Assembly (NCBI GenBank): GCA_963818475.1
Contig: CAWFSF010000006.1
Location: 1,984,001 to 2,048,000, forward strand
Direction of reading: 5' to 3'
Origin: Nitrospirota bacterium
Lineage (GTDB): Bacteria > Nitrospirota > UBA9217
DNA: 64,000 bases
Position 1 is the stretch's first letter. Each line of letters begins with the position of its first letter. The notes under the pieces are model-generated. The model saw only the letters and a list, made by a program, of their open reading frames with translations. It had not been told where the DNA came from and searched no databases. Below are positions 1 through 10,055 of this stretch, piece by piece. A program made the translations under genes and the position numbers.

Positions 1-190
1 GCGCGTTGGCCAGGTTTCTATCGTCACGGTCGGTTGCCGTCCCGTCATGATCATGCCTCACATCTTGAACACCAGGCACATCTTTCAGGCCGTTGCAAAC
101 CATGTTGAAAATGGCATCTTCTTCGGCCAGTTGGCCGACCATGCTCTGCATGGCCAGGATCCTGGCAAGAATATCGGCGCGAAGTGTCAT
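1..190 (-). CDS. 5' part of a CDS running off the window edge (MTLRADILARILAMQSMVGQLAEE...), possibly a sensor protein
   Basis: Manual translation: ATG at 190, AAGAAGG RBS-like motif upstream, open to base 1; divergent from the NtrC-type gene. Confidence 0.5.
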   Translation of the reverse strand, partial: MTLRADILARILAMQSMVGQLAEEDAIFNMVCNGLKDVPGVQDVRHDHDGTATDRDDRNLANA

Positions 191-607
191 GAGTTATGCC
201 TTCTTTGCCCGTGAAAATCCAGGGGGAATAATAAATGGTTGCAAACAACCACTTCGCGGATGAACATCCAAGATGATTGGACCCCGCTTTCCTCTATGAT
301 ACCATAAAGTGCACTATTTCACTAAACGGTAAAAAAGGTATTCCAACATTTTTCAAAATTATGACCACTGTTTGTCCGAGTAGTTCACCACCTCCGAGCA
401 TTCCTCAGTACCCTTCGGTGGTACCCTATTTGTCTCTCCGGTTTTCGACCATCACCCATTTCCCTGCCTCAAATCAGTTGACACTGAGAACCGTTCTGCT
501 GTATTTTAAATCTGCATCTGCCAGACAGAATATCCGGATCATCGCAGATCCTGTTCCGTTGGCGCGATAACGCTGTCACGAGTCCGCAGTTAACGAGGCG
601 CTGCCTG

Positions 608-1925
608 ATGAAGATCCTGATCGTTGATGATGAGAAGAACCTGCGGCAGGTCCTTGCGGTCGAGCTCGCCGCTGAGGGCGATGACGTCGATGCTGCAGAG
701 GACGGCCTCACCGCCCTGGAGTTTCTCGAAAAAACGGAATACGACGTAGTGCTGCTGGACCTGAACATGCCCCGCATGGGCGGCATCGATGTCCTGAAGA
801 AGATGCGGGCCCTCGATATGCCCGCCGAAGTGATCATCTTGACCGCGAACACGACCATCTCCGCTGCGGTCGAGGCCATGAAGCTCGGAGCCTACGATTA
901 CCTGACCAAGCCCTTCAGGATGGAGGAGCTCTCACCGGTCATTGAAAAAGCCTTTGAAAAAAAGAAGCTCCGCAGCGAAAACCTCATTCTGAAAACGCAG
1001 ATCGAACGGCAGCAGGACAGCCGCCGCATCGTGGCAAAAAGCCCTGCCATGCTGGAGCTGCTGAAAACCGTCAGGAAGATCGCTGCTTCCGACTACCCGG
1101 TGCTGATCACCGGTGAAAGCGGCGTGGGCAAAGAACTCATTGCAGCGAGCATTCACGCCGGATCAAAGCGGCCGGACAAGCCCTTTATCGCCGCTGAACT
1201 GCGCCGCCATCCCCGAGAGCATGGTCGAGAGCGAGCTCTTTGGCCATGAAAAAGGCGCCTTTACGGGCGCCCAGGACAGAAAGCTCGGCCTGTTTGAAGT
1301 GGCGAACAAAGGGACCCTCTTTCTTGACGAGATCGGCGACATGCCCCTGGCGCTCCAGGTGAAGCTGCTCCGCGTCATAGAAACAGGGGTCTTTTTCCGG
1401 CTCGGCGGCATCCGGGAACAGACGGTGGATATCAGGATCGTTGCAGCAACAAACAAGGACCTGAAGGCCGAGATCGCGCGGGGTTCCTTCCGTCTGGACC
1501 TGTACTACCGCATCTCGTCGTTCATTGTACCGGTCATGCCGCTGCGCGATCGTCCCGAGGACATTCCGGATCTCATCGAGTATTTTAAAAATCGCTCTCC
1601 CGAGTTCCGTCATAAGCAATTCAGCAAGGAAGCGCTTGCGGTCCTGTCACGATACCCCTGGCCCGGGAACGTGCGGGAGCTGCAAAATGTGCTTCACCGC
1701 GCCCTCCTCCTGTCGAAGGACGATGTCATCGAACCATCTGACCTCCCCCTGGACCTCCGCGGGGCGCAGCAGCCCGGCAGCGACCGCCTTGAGGACGTCG
1801 AACGGGAGCATATCCTGAAGGTCCTGAAAGCATCCGACGGCCAGCGGAACCGGGCTGCCGAGGCGCTCGGCATAGACCCGAAGACCCTCTATCGCAAACT
1901 GGCCGCCTATGGTTTGAAAGAGTGA
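608..1925 (+). CDS. Sigma-54-dependent response regulator (NtrC/AtoC family: REC-AAA+-Fis HTH), frameshift near 1190
   Basis: ORFs 608..1249 and 1113..1925 join: receiver (ILIVDDE, DLNMP), Walker [31 protein letters not shown]-terminal HTH. Confidence 0.93.
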
Positions 1926-1954
1926 GGGGAATAACTATTCAGGTTAACGGTTGT

Positions 1955-2010
1955 AAGGATGAAGGCGGCAGAAGCATTGTTATTTTTCACCTTCAGTCTT
2001 CAGCCTTCAT
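1955..2010. repeat. 7-bp-period intergenic repeat (CCTTCAG TCTTCAG CCTTCAT) with a degenerate inverted partner
   Basis: Read directly from sequence. Confidence 0.5.
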
Positions 2011-2064
2011 TCTATCCGCCTGAACAGGCCGTTTCCCCGTTCTTCACCATGAGGGAATGAAAAC

Positions 2065-3792
2065 ATGCACGACAATAAAGACCATTCCGAAGACACGACC
2101 GTAGCGACCCTGCGACAGGCCTTAGCAAAAGCAGAAGCGGAAAGGGACCGGGCAATTACCGCCCGGAATCGATCGGAGGCGGACCTGCTGGAACGAACTC
2201 AGCAGGCCTTGCTCGGCGCCGATGTCGGCGTCGCCCTGACCCGGGGAGACGACCTCCATTCCATGCTCCAGTCCTGCGCGGATGCGCAGGTCAGGCACCT
2301 TGACGCGTTCCTGGCGCGGATCTGGACGCTGAACGAGGACGAGAACACCCTTGAACTACAGGCGAGTGCGGGTGCCTATACGCATCTCGACGGCCCCCAC
2401 AGCCGCATACCGCTCGACCGCTATGACTCTAAGATCGGGTGGATCGCAAAGAACCGGAAACCGCACCTCACCAATGCCATGATCGGCGATCCGCTCATCA
2501 GCGACCAGGAGTGGGCGCGCCGGGAGAAGGTCGTTGCCTTTGCCGGTCATCCGCTGGTCGTGGAGGAACGCCTCGTCGGCGTCATGGGGATGTTCTTCCG
2601 CAACGAGCTGTCCGAGTCCGCTTTGCAGGCGCTGTCATCGATCGCCAATGAGATCGCGCTGGGCATCGAGCACAAGCGGGCTGAGCGGGAACGGGAGAAC
2701 ATCGCCCGGGAATTGCAGAAGCTGATCGACAAGGTCAAGAACTCCCAGCGGGAATGGCAGGATACCTTCGACAATATCCAGGACCCGATCTATATCACCG
2801 ACACGGACTATACCATCAAACGGGCCAACCAGGCGTTCATCGATTTTGTGGGCAAGCCCTTTTCCGCGGTCCTGGACCGGAAGTGTTACGAGCTGCTCCA
2901 CGGGACCGGCGAACCATACCCGCATTGTCCACACCAGTCGTTGCAGAAAACAGGCGTGCCTGTTGATGTCGAGATCACGGACCCGGTCCGTAAAAAGACC
3001 CTGGTGGTGTCTCATTTCCCCTACTCGCTGACGGATGGAACTTTCGGCGGATTGGTCAGCCTCATCAGGGATGTTACGGAAGACCGGGAAAAAGAGATGC
3101 GGCTGATCATGGCAGAGCGGCTGGGCTCCCTGGGCCAAATGGCAGCCAGCATCGCCCACGAGATCAACAACCCCCTCGCATCGATCCTCGGCTGCGCCGA
3201 TGCGTTGCATCTGCGGGTCAAAAAGGACAGGTATGATGCCGTCCTGTTCGAGAAGTACCTGACGATCGTTCAGGAAGAGGTGGCGCGATGCAAGAATATA
3301 ACGACCAACATGCTCTCTGTTTCGAGAAATGCGACCTACGAGAAGGGGACCATTGATATCAATGTTGCCCTGCAGCGGACCATCGAGCTCATGGGATATC
3401 AGGGGCGGTTGAAGAACCTGCAGATCAATAAGGAGTTTGCTTCGGGGCTGCCGCCGCTGCAGGGGAACGAAGGCGAACTGCGGCAGGTTTTCATCGCCGT
3501 CATCACGAATGCTCTCGACGCCATGAACGACTCTGGTGTGCTCACCATCGCGACCCGCGAGGAGGGCAATATTCTCTCCATCACGATCGGAGACACCGGC
3601 CCCGGCATCCCTCAGGAACTGGTCAGCAGGGTCTTCGATCCCTTCTTTACCACAAAGTCCGGCCAGGGGGGCACCGGCCTCGGCCTCCCTATCGCCAGAA
3701 AGATCGTGGACAACTACAAGGGAGAAATCACCCTGGTGTCCGTGCAGGGGAAGGGCACGACCTTCACGATCACGTTGCCGGTGAAGCAATGA
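2065..3792 (+). CDS. GAF/PAS sensor histidine kinase
   Basis: GAF, PAS, H-box AHEINNPL, N-box NALDA, DTGPG, FFTTK, GTGLGL. Confidence 0.93.
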   Translation: MHDNKDHSEDTTVATLRQALAKAEAERDRAITARNRSEADLLERTQQALLGADVGVALTRGDDLHSMLQSCADAQVRHLDAFLARIWTLNEDENTLELQASAGAYTHLDGPHSRIPLDRYDSKIGWIAKNRKPHLTNAMIGDPLISDQEWARREKVVAFAGHPLVVEERLVGVMGMFFRNELSESALQALSSIANEIALGIEHKRAERERENIARELQKLIDKVKNSQREWQDTFDNIQDPIYITDTDYTIKRANQAFIDFVGKPFSAVLDRKCYELLHGTGEPYPHCPHQSLQKTGVPVDVEITDPVRKKTLVVSHFPYSLTDGTFGGLVSLIRDVTEDREKEMRLIMAERLGSLGQMAASIAHEINNPLASILGCADALHLRVKKDRYDAVLFEKYLTIVQEEVARCKNITTNMLSVSRNATYEKGTIDINVALQRTIELMGYQGRLKNLQINKEFASGLPPLQGNEGELRQVFIAVITNALDAMNDSGVLTIATREEGNILSITIGDTGPGIPQELVSRVFDPFFTTKSGQGGTGLGLPIARKIVDNYKGEITLVSVQGKGTTFTITLPVKQ

Positions 3793-3849
3793 CGCTGAAA
3801 CCTGAAGGGAATTACACGAGAAAAAAAACCCTTTTATCCTAAAAACGGT

Positions 3850-4012
3850 ATTTGGACACGGAAGAATCGGAAACATCTGATTACCAGAAGTAGGCGCTTC
3901 TAAGCGACGCGGATAAATTCTAAAGCAAAGCATTCACCTATTGGGTGAACCTCTTATAAAAGAAATAATCCGCCGTTATCCGGCTCTTATCCGTGTTAAT
4001 CCGTGTCCAAAT
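3850..4012. repeat. Intergenic inverted repeat (ATTTGGACACGGA ... TCCGTGTCCAAAT) with ATCCG-periodic tracts
   Basis: 13-bp perfect arms plus flanking imperfect complementarity. Confidence 0.6.
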
Positions 4013-4024
4013 GCTTTTTTAGGG

Positions 4025-4059
4025 TTTATCCGCAGATTCCGCAGACGGCCGCAGATTTT
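4025..4059. repeat. Left arm of a 35-bp 9-mer-period (CGCAGA) inverted repeat
   Basis: 30/35 identity to the reverse complement of 5176..5210. Confidence 0.75.
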
Positions 4060-4331
4060 AAACATAATTCAGGCTTGGTTTAATCTGACCTGAGCAGCAC
4101 CTTCCCTTCCTTGGTGTAATTCGCCTTCATTCGTGAAATTCGCGACTCACTATCTTTTTCAGGATAATTATTCATCTCCCGCACGATCTTGACGTTCTGC
4201 CGGACTTTGCGCGCCTCCCATCGGCTGCTCCTCCTCACGTCGGGCATTATGCCACTCCGCAAGGACAATTCGCCCCGACAAATCAAGGATTGCCAGCAAA
4301 GCATCTCCTGAAGAATCAAAGAGTTACTACC

Positions 4332-4347
4332 TGGCAAATCTCTTGCA
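4332..4347 (+). promoter_or_regulatory. Sigma-54 (-24/-12) promoter
   Basis: TGGCAAATCTCTTGCA = GG-N10-GC, about 45 bp upstream of the first two-CW gene; two GGNCA-N4-YGCC-like dyads at about 4242-4277 may be enhancer sites. Confidence 0.75.
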
Positions 4348-4393
4348 GACTGTTGCAGAGTGAGATACCGAGAGAGATTCAAGGAGGGGTGCC

Positions 4394-4759
4394 ATGAAAG
4401 TCAATTGCTGGGAACATAAAAAGTGCGGAAGACAGCCAGGCGGACATAAAGCACAGGAACTCGGCATATGCCCGGTCACGACCTATCGGGAACTGAGCGG
4501 GGCACACAGCGGAACGAACGCGGGCAGAGCCTGCTGGGCGATTGCCGGCTCCCTCTGCGGCGGAAAGATCCAGGGGACCTATGCGCAGAAGCTGCATAAC
4601 TGCTGGAGATGCGATTTCATGAATCTCGTTAAAAAAGAGGAAGAGCCCGCTCCGCTCGGATTTTCGGCCACGCGCCTGGGCATGGAGCGTTCGATCGAAA
4701 AGCAGACGGCTGCCCCGTTTTCCCCGACAGCGGCGGGCCGGAACGTGAACGACCATTAG
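4394..4759 (+). CDS. Two-CW domain cysteine-rich protein
   Basis: NCWEHKKCGR...CP...GRACW...LCGGKIQGT...CxxCDF; AAGGAGG RBS. Confidence 0.8.
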   Translation: MKVNCWEHKKCGRQPGGHKAQELGICPVTTYRELSGAHSGTNAGRACWAIAGSLCGGKIQGTYAQKLHNCWRCDFMNLVKKEEEPAPLGFSATRLGMERSIEKQTAAPFSPTAAGRNVNDH

Positions 4760-4828
4760 GTCCTGTACGTATGGTTGGCAGTCCGACATGGCTAACTTGT
4801 TTTTATTGATAAAGGAGAATGAAGCGCT

Positions 4829-5152
4829 TTGAAAAAGAACTGCTGGGAGCACAAGAACTGTGGAAGAGAGCCGGGTGGTAAAAACGCCGCGGCACTGGGA
4901 ACATGCCCGGCCACGACCGATAAGCGGCTCCATGGCGTCCATGACGGAAAGAACGGCGGACGTGCCTGCTGGATGATCGCCGGTACGCTCTGCGGCGGAA
5001 AAATTCAGGGGACCTTCGGCATGAAGTATAAAACCTGCGAACAGTGCGATTTTTACCAGAGCACCAGGGCCGAGGAACGGTCGGGCTTCAAGCTTTCCGC
5101 ATTGCTCCTTAATAAGATGAAACCGGCTCCGGCCCCTGCAGCGCAGGTTTGA
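4829..5152 (+). CDS. Two-CW domain cysteine-rich protein (tandem paralog)
   Basis: Same Cys/Trp pattern as 4394..4759; AAGGAG upstream. Confidence 0.8.
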   Translation: MKKNCWEHKNCGREPGGKNAAALGTCPATTDKRLHGVHDGKNGGRACWMIAGTLCGGKIQGTFGMKYKTCEQCDFYQSTRAEERSGFKLSALLLNKMKPAPAPAAQV

Positions 5153-5175
5153 TCGTACCGCGCATGACGGAGGTA

Positions 5176-5210
5176 AAAGTCTGCGTCCATCTGCGAAGTC
5201 TGCGGATAAA
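5176..5210. repeat. Right arm of the 35-bp 9-mer-period inverted repeat
   Basis: GTCTGCGTCCATCTGCGAAGTCTGCGGATAAA; pairs with 4025..4059. Confidence 0.75.
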
Positions 5211-5294
5211 AGATTTTTCTCTGGCGTATCGCCATTCTGATTTCTGGCGTGCTGAATAGTTGCGAATTTAGAATGGCGACCAACCGGGAGAAAC

Positions 5295-5663
5295 ATGGCA
5301 AATGTCCTCATCGGTGCTATTGACGGGAACCTTGGATACGTTCTCGGCAACGAACTGGAAGACGAAGGGCATAGGGTCGGACGTATGCCCGCGGGCAAGG
5401 AATTGACCGCCCATATCGCGGATCATCCGGCCTATGACGTCGTTCTCATAGATCTCCCGACCTCATGCCTGAGCGATCTCACCTCGCTCAGATCGATCAA
5501 AAAGAACTGCCCCCATATCCATATCATCGTTTTTTCCGACAGGGTCGCTCCACAGGAGCGGTCGGCCCTGCTTGCCAGCGGTGCGGACCGGAGCTTTATG
5601 AAACATGAGATCAACGATCTGAAAGAACATCTGCGTCAGAACTTCCCGGTACACGGCAGCTGA
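5295..5663 (+). CDS. Stand-alone, atypical receiver-domain protein
   Basis: YDVVLIDL core, IIVFS, GAD-x-FMK; degenerate N-terminal acidic pocket. Confidence 0.7.
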   Translation: MANVLIGAIDGNLGYVLGNELEDEGHRVGRMPAGKELTAHIADHPAYDVVLIDLPTSCLSDLTSLRSIKKNCPHIHIIVFSDRVAPQERSALLASGADRSFMKHEINDLKEHLRQNFPVHGS

Positions 5664-5732
5664 GGCAAGAACGTCCGGCGCGGGATGGGCGAACGCTGTT
5701 GAACACCATGACCAGACAGACTAAGCAGCACG

Positions 5733-8631
5733 ATGAGGTTTGATCACGTGAAACCCTCTACACAGATCCAGGAGAACGGCCCTTCAGGAACAACGCTGCT
5801 GGAATACGGGCCAGACCGTGCCCTGCCGGAGCCTGACGAACGCCTTAACCGGCTGAAGCGGTTGGCCAAGCTCGGTTTTGCCCTGACCGGCGATCCCATC
5901 GACGTGTTTCGCCATATCGCCGGTATGATCGGCGAACTGCTGGACGTCTCGGTGGTGAACCTTTCCGAGATCCGGGGAGAGGAGCTTTTCTTTCTCAGCA
6001 CTTATGCGAAGGGCGAGGTGCGAACCTATACCGGGACCTGCAAGCTCGAAAATACGCCATGCGCGACCGTCCAGGAGGCGAAGGACCTCCGGGTGTACCA
6101 GGATGTCATGACAAAGTTCCCGGAAGCGATTTTTTTGCGGGCGTTCAACGCCTATACCTATTGCGGATTCCCAGCACTGGACGGGAACGGCACGGTGGTG
6201 GCCGTGATCTGCATCCTCGACGACAAGCAGCGTGACTTTTCCGAGGAGGATAAGGACCTCCTCAAGATCCTGGCGCACCGGATCGGCCTTGAACTGGAGC
6301 GTCAAAAACATATCGACGAACATGCGCGAAAAGATATTGAACTCCAAAAAGCGGTCCAGCGTGCTGAGGAGGAAAAAGCGAGGACCGAGGCGATTATTGC
6401 GGCCATCGGAGACGGCATAAGCATTCTGGACACCGATTTCAAGGTCCTGTACCAGAACGAGATCCACAAGAAGCTTGCCGGCGATCATGTCGGCGAGTAC
6501 TGCTACCAGGCCTTTGAACATAAAAATGAACGGTGCGAAGTATGCCCCGTGGCCATGACGTTCATGGACGGGAAGGTCCACACGGTGGAACTGAGCGCTG
6601 CGGCCGGGACCGTGACCCTGCATGTCGAGACCACGGCGTCCCCTCTGCGGGACGTGAACGGCAGGATCGTCGCAGGGATCGAGGTCGTACGGGACATCAC
6701 CGCACGCAAGCGGGCCGAGGAGCAGATGTACCAGATCCAGCGGGACTGGGAAGACACGTTCAATACCATCACCGACATGATCACGGTCCATGACAAGGAC
6801 TTCAATATCATCCGCGCGAATAAGGCTGCCGAGCAGATTCTGGGCCTTCCGACCCTCGGCGCGTCATCGGTGAAGTGCTATGAAAAGTACCACGGGACCG
6901 ATCTGCCCACCCTCGGGATGCGCCAGCTGCCAGAGCCTCCTGACCGGGGCGCCCACGAACGTCGAGGTGTTCGAACCCCACTTGAATAAGTTTATCGAGA
7001 TCCGGGCCATCCCGCGCTTTGACAGCAAGAGCAATCTGACCGGACTTATCCATGTGGTCAGGGACATCACCAAGCGCAAGCACGCTGAAGAAACGCTCCA
7101 GTCGCACCACAATTTTTTACAGGTCATGATCGATACCATCCCGACACCGGTCTTCTACAGGAACGCTAACGGTGTGTTTCTCGGTTTCAACAAAGCTTTT
7201 GAATCCGTTGTGGGGAAGAGCGACGCGGAGTTGATCGGCAAGACCATCGACGATGTCGCACCGAGACATATTGCCGACATGTACCACGAAGCGGACATGG
7301 CGCTGCTCCAGCAGGAAGACCCACAGCATGCCTACGAGAGCTCGGTGATCTACGCCGACGGAACGGCCCACGACGTCATCTTCAACAAGGCTGTCTTTCA
7401 TAATCCCGATGGCACCACGGGAGGAGTTGTCGAGGTCATGATCGACATCACGGAGCGCAAGAAGCTCGAAGAACAGCTGTTTCATGCGCAGAAGATGGAA
7501 GCCGTGGGCCAGCTTGCCGGCGGCATCGCCCATGACTTCAACAATATCCTGTCGGCGATCATCGGCTACGGTTCAATTCTCCAGATGCGGGTCAAGCCGG
7601 GCGAACCGCTCCGGCACAACATTGACCAGATCCTTGCATCAGCAGACCGGGCCGCCAAACTGACGCAGGGGCTCCTTTCCTTCAGCAGAAAACAGATCAT
7701 CAACCCCAAACCGCTCAAACTGAACGAGTTGGTCGAGAAGGCCCGGAACTTCCTTGCCCGCCTGATCGGCGAGAACATCGAGCTCAAATCGTTCCTGTCC
7801 AGCCTCGACCCGACCGTGCTGGCCGACACAGGACAGATTGAACAGGTCCTGATGAACCTGGCGACCAATGCGCGGGATGTGATGCCGGACGGCGGAACGC
7901 TGTTCCTGGAAACCGCTACCATGGAACTGGATGGGTCATTCACTAACAAGCATCCCTATGGAAAGCCCGGCAAATACGCGGTGTTGTCCGTTGCCGATTC
8001 CGGCTGCGGCATGGACGAACAGACGCGTGCCCGGATCTTCGAGCCGTTCTTTACCACCAAGGAGCTCGGCAAAGGCACGGGACTGGGGCTCGCGATCGTC
8101 TACGGCATCATCAAGCAGCACAAGGGGTACATCAGTGTTTACAGCGAACAGGGCATTGGCACGACCTTCAAGATCTATCTCCCGCTCATTCAAACAAAGG
8201 TCGAGGAGAGAAAAGAGGAGCCTGCTCGGGAAGAGGATGTGATCGGAGGCAAGGAGACCATACTCGTGGCTGAAGACGATGCTACCGTGCGAAAGCTCGT
8301 GGTGACCGTGCTGAGGTCCTTCGGCTACACCGTCATTGAGGCGGCCGATGGCGCCGAGGCGGTCGACCGGTTCGCGGAACACGCGGGCAGCATCGATCTC
8401 GTGCTTACGGACACGATCATGCCAAGAAAGAACGGCAGAGAGGCCTACGGGGAGATGCGGACGATCCGGCAGGACGTCCCGGCGCTCTTCACGAGCGGTT
8501 ATTCCAAGGAGGTCCTGCGGAAAAAGAGCATTATCGATAATGACCCGGACTTCATCCTGAAGCCGGTCACGCCGCGTGAGCTCCTGAGGCGGGTGCGCGA
8601 GGTCCTGGACCGGCCCCGCGCGGGATCCTGA
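5733..8631 (+). CDS. Hybrid sensor kinase (GAF-PAS-PAS-PAS-HisKA-HATPase-REC), frameshift near 6900
   Basis: ORFs 5733..6989 and 6880..8631 join; [24 protein letters not shown]-terminal receiver. Confidence 0.9.
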
Positions 8632-8776
8632 AAAAGCCATTGGACTCGAAAAAATCGGATTGCCGCCAGATAGACGAAAAAGGTCTGCATGACTAATGCG
8701 GATTCACAGAATACAGAAAACCTGGAATATCTTATAAACGGCATTTACTACACCATTCAGAAGTAAAACCTCATGC

Positions 8777-8852
8777 CGTCATTCCGGGCTTGACCCGGAA
8801 TCCAGTCGTTTTTCAGCGAAATCACTGGATTCCCGCTTTCGCGGGAATGACG
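8777..8852. repeat. REP/RPE-like double-hairpin element (GTCATTCC...GGAATCCAG...CTGGATTCCC...GGGAATGAC)
   Basis: Nested palindromes between convergent genes; related copy at 57665..57745. Confidence 0.75.
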
Positions 8853-8901
8853 ATCAGGTGGTGCATACTAACGCATTTCTTAGTAATCCGATTCTTCCGT
8901 G

Positions 8902-9507
8902 TCATATTTTTCTGAGCACCCCCACGACCTTGCCGAGCACCCGCAGATCGCCCTGCTCAACATAGATCGGCCGCATGGTGCGGTTCTCCGGCTGCAGCCG
9001 TACGCGGTTCTTTTCCATAAAGAACCGCTTGACCGTTGCCTCGCCATCGACCATAGCGACCACGATATCGCCGTCACGCGCCACGTTCTGCGAATGGACA
9101 ATAAGGCTGTCGCCGTCCACGATATGGGAGTCCACCATACTGTCGCCCTTCACCTTCAGGGCGAATATTCCCTGCGGAGATCTGAGCCTGAACAGGGAGA
9201 GATCGACCTTGATCTCCCCTTCCCGGTGCTCGGGCGAGAGCACCGGCGTGCCGGCCGCCACCCTGCCGAGCAGGGGTATCGACGCCATGGGCCGCTCTCC
9301 TGACGTCAGGCGGATCCCGTGGGACTTCCCGCGCTCTCGCGTGATCAAACCGCCCCGTTCAAGGGCTGCCAGATGGCGGTCCACACCGTTCGTGGACTTG
9401 ATGCCGAACTCCGCGCCGATCTCGCGCATGGTCGGTGGGATGCCGCGTTCGTCGATGGATGCCCTGATGAATTCGTAGATCTCCTGCTGCCGTTCAGTGA
9501 TGGCCAT
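8902..9507 (-). CDS. lexA: SOS repressor LexA
   Basis: PPTMREIG wHTH, GRVAAG cleavage site, VKGDSM catalytic Ser, ATVKRF catalytic Lys. Confidence 0.96.
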   Translation of the reverse strand: MAITERQQEIYEFIRASIDERGIPPTMREIGAEFGIKSTNGVDRHLAALERGGLITRERGKSHGIRLTSGERPMASIPLLGRVAAGTPVLSPEHREGEIKVDLSLFRLRSPQGIFALKVKGDSMVDSHIVDGDSLIVHSQNVARDGDIVVAMVDGEATVKRFFMEKNRVRLQPENRTMRPIYVEQGDLRVLGKVVGVLRKI

Positions 9508-9522
9508 ATAACACCCCTTTCA

Positions 9523-9553
9523 ATTGCGGATTTCGGATTGCGGATTTCGGATT
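9523..9553. repeat. Heptamer tandem array (ATTGCGG/ATTTCGG), left arm
   Basis: 25-nt exact reverse complement within 10022..10053. Confidence 0.85.
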
Positions 9554-9634
9554 AACACCGAAAAAGGGAACCTCAAATCCAACGGATATTTGTTTTGCCC
9601 GAGGGATTATGAAAATAATATATGAAGCGTGCTC

Positions 9635-9994
9635 TCAGGCCTTTGTTTTTTTTCTTGCCGTATTAATCGAAGATACCGTTATTGCCAAGAGTTCGTTTGC
9701 TTCTTTCATAAGCTCTTTTGTTCGCTGCTCATTGATCAGGCCGCTTTCCCCAAGAAGTTCCATCCAAAAAATCGACTCATCAGCTTCTTCTTCAACGATA
9801 CACATCTTATTGATAAAATCAGCAGAGGACCTTGACCTGCAGGCAGCCCGATAGTTCGCCGCCACCGATGTTCCCGACCTCAACAACTGCCTGCCCATCA
9901 CATCAGACGCCCTACCCTGAGGAAGCGTATCAATCATCTTAACAACTCTTAGTGAAAAATTCTTCATCCTTACTTTCATAGTCTCAGGATCCAT
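9635..9994 (-). CDS. Four helix bundle protein (23S rRNA IVS-like / TIGR02436 family), 119 aa
   Basis: QLLRSGTSVAANYRAACRSRSSADFINKMCIVEEEADES signature; GGAAGGA RBS before ATG at 9994. Confidence 0.9.
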   Translation of the reverse strand: MDPETMKVRMKNFSLRVVKMIDTLPQGRASDVMGRQLLRSGTSVAANYRAACRSRSSADFINKMCIVEEEADESIFWMELLGESGLINEQRTKELMKEANELLAITVSSINTARKKTKA

Positions 9995-10021
9995 ATTTAC
10001 GTCCTTCCGATTTTGCCTTTT

Positions 10022-10053
10022 AAATCCGCAATCCGAAATCCGCAATCCGAAAT
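10022..10053. repeat. Heptamer tandem array (AATCCGC/AATCCGA), right arm
   Basis: Inverted relative to 9523..9553. Confidence 0.85.
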
Positions 10054-10055
10054 TC

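Noticed and set aside
559-577. TTGGCGCGATAACGC as a sigma-54 promoter for the NtrC-type gene
   Set aside because: GG-to-GC spacing is 9, not the required 10
2635-3933. Long antisense ORFs (also 5784..6791, 31724..32956, 41141..42439 and others)
   Set aside because: Shadow frames of GC-rich genes with clear family motifs on the opposite strand
4080-4382. 100-aa minus-strand ORF divergent from the two-CW genes
   Set aside because: No recognisable motif and it overlaps the sigma-54 promoter and enhancer; a shorter peptide cannot be excluded
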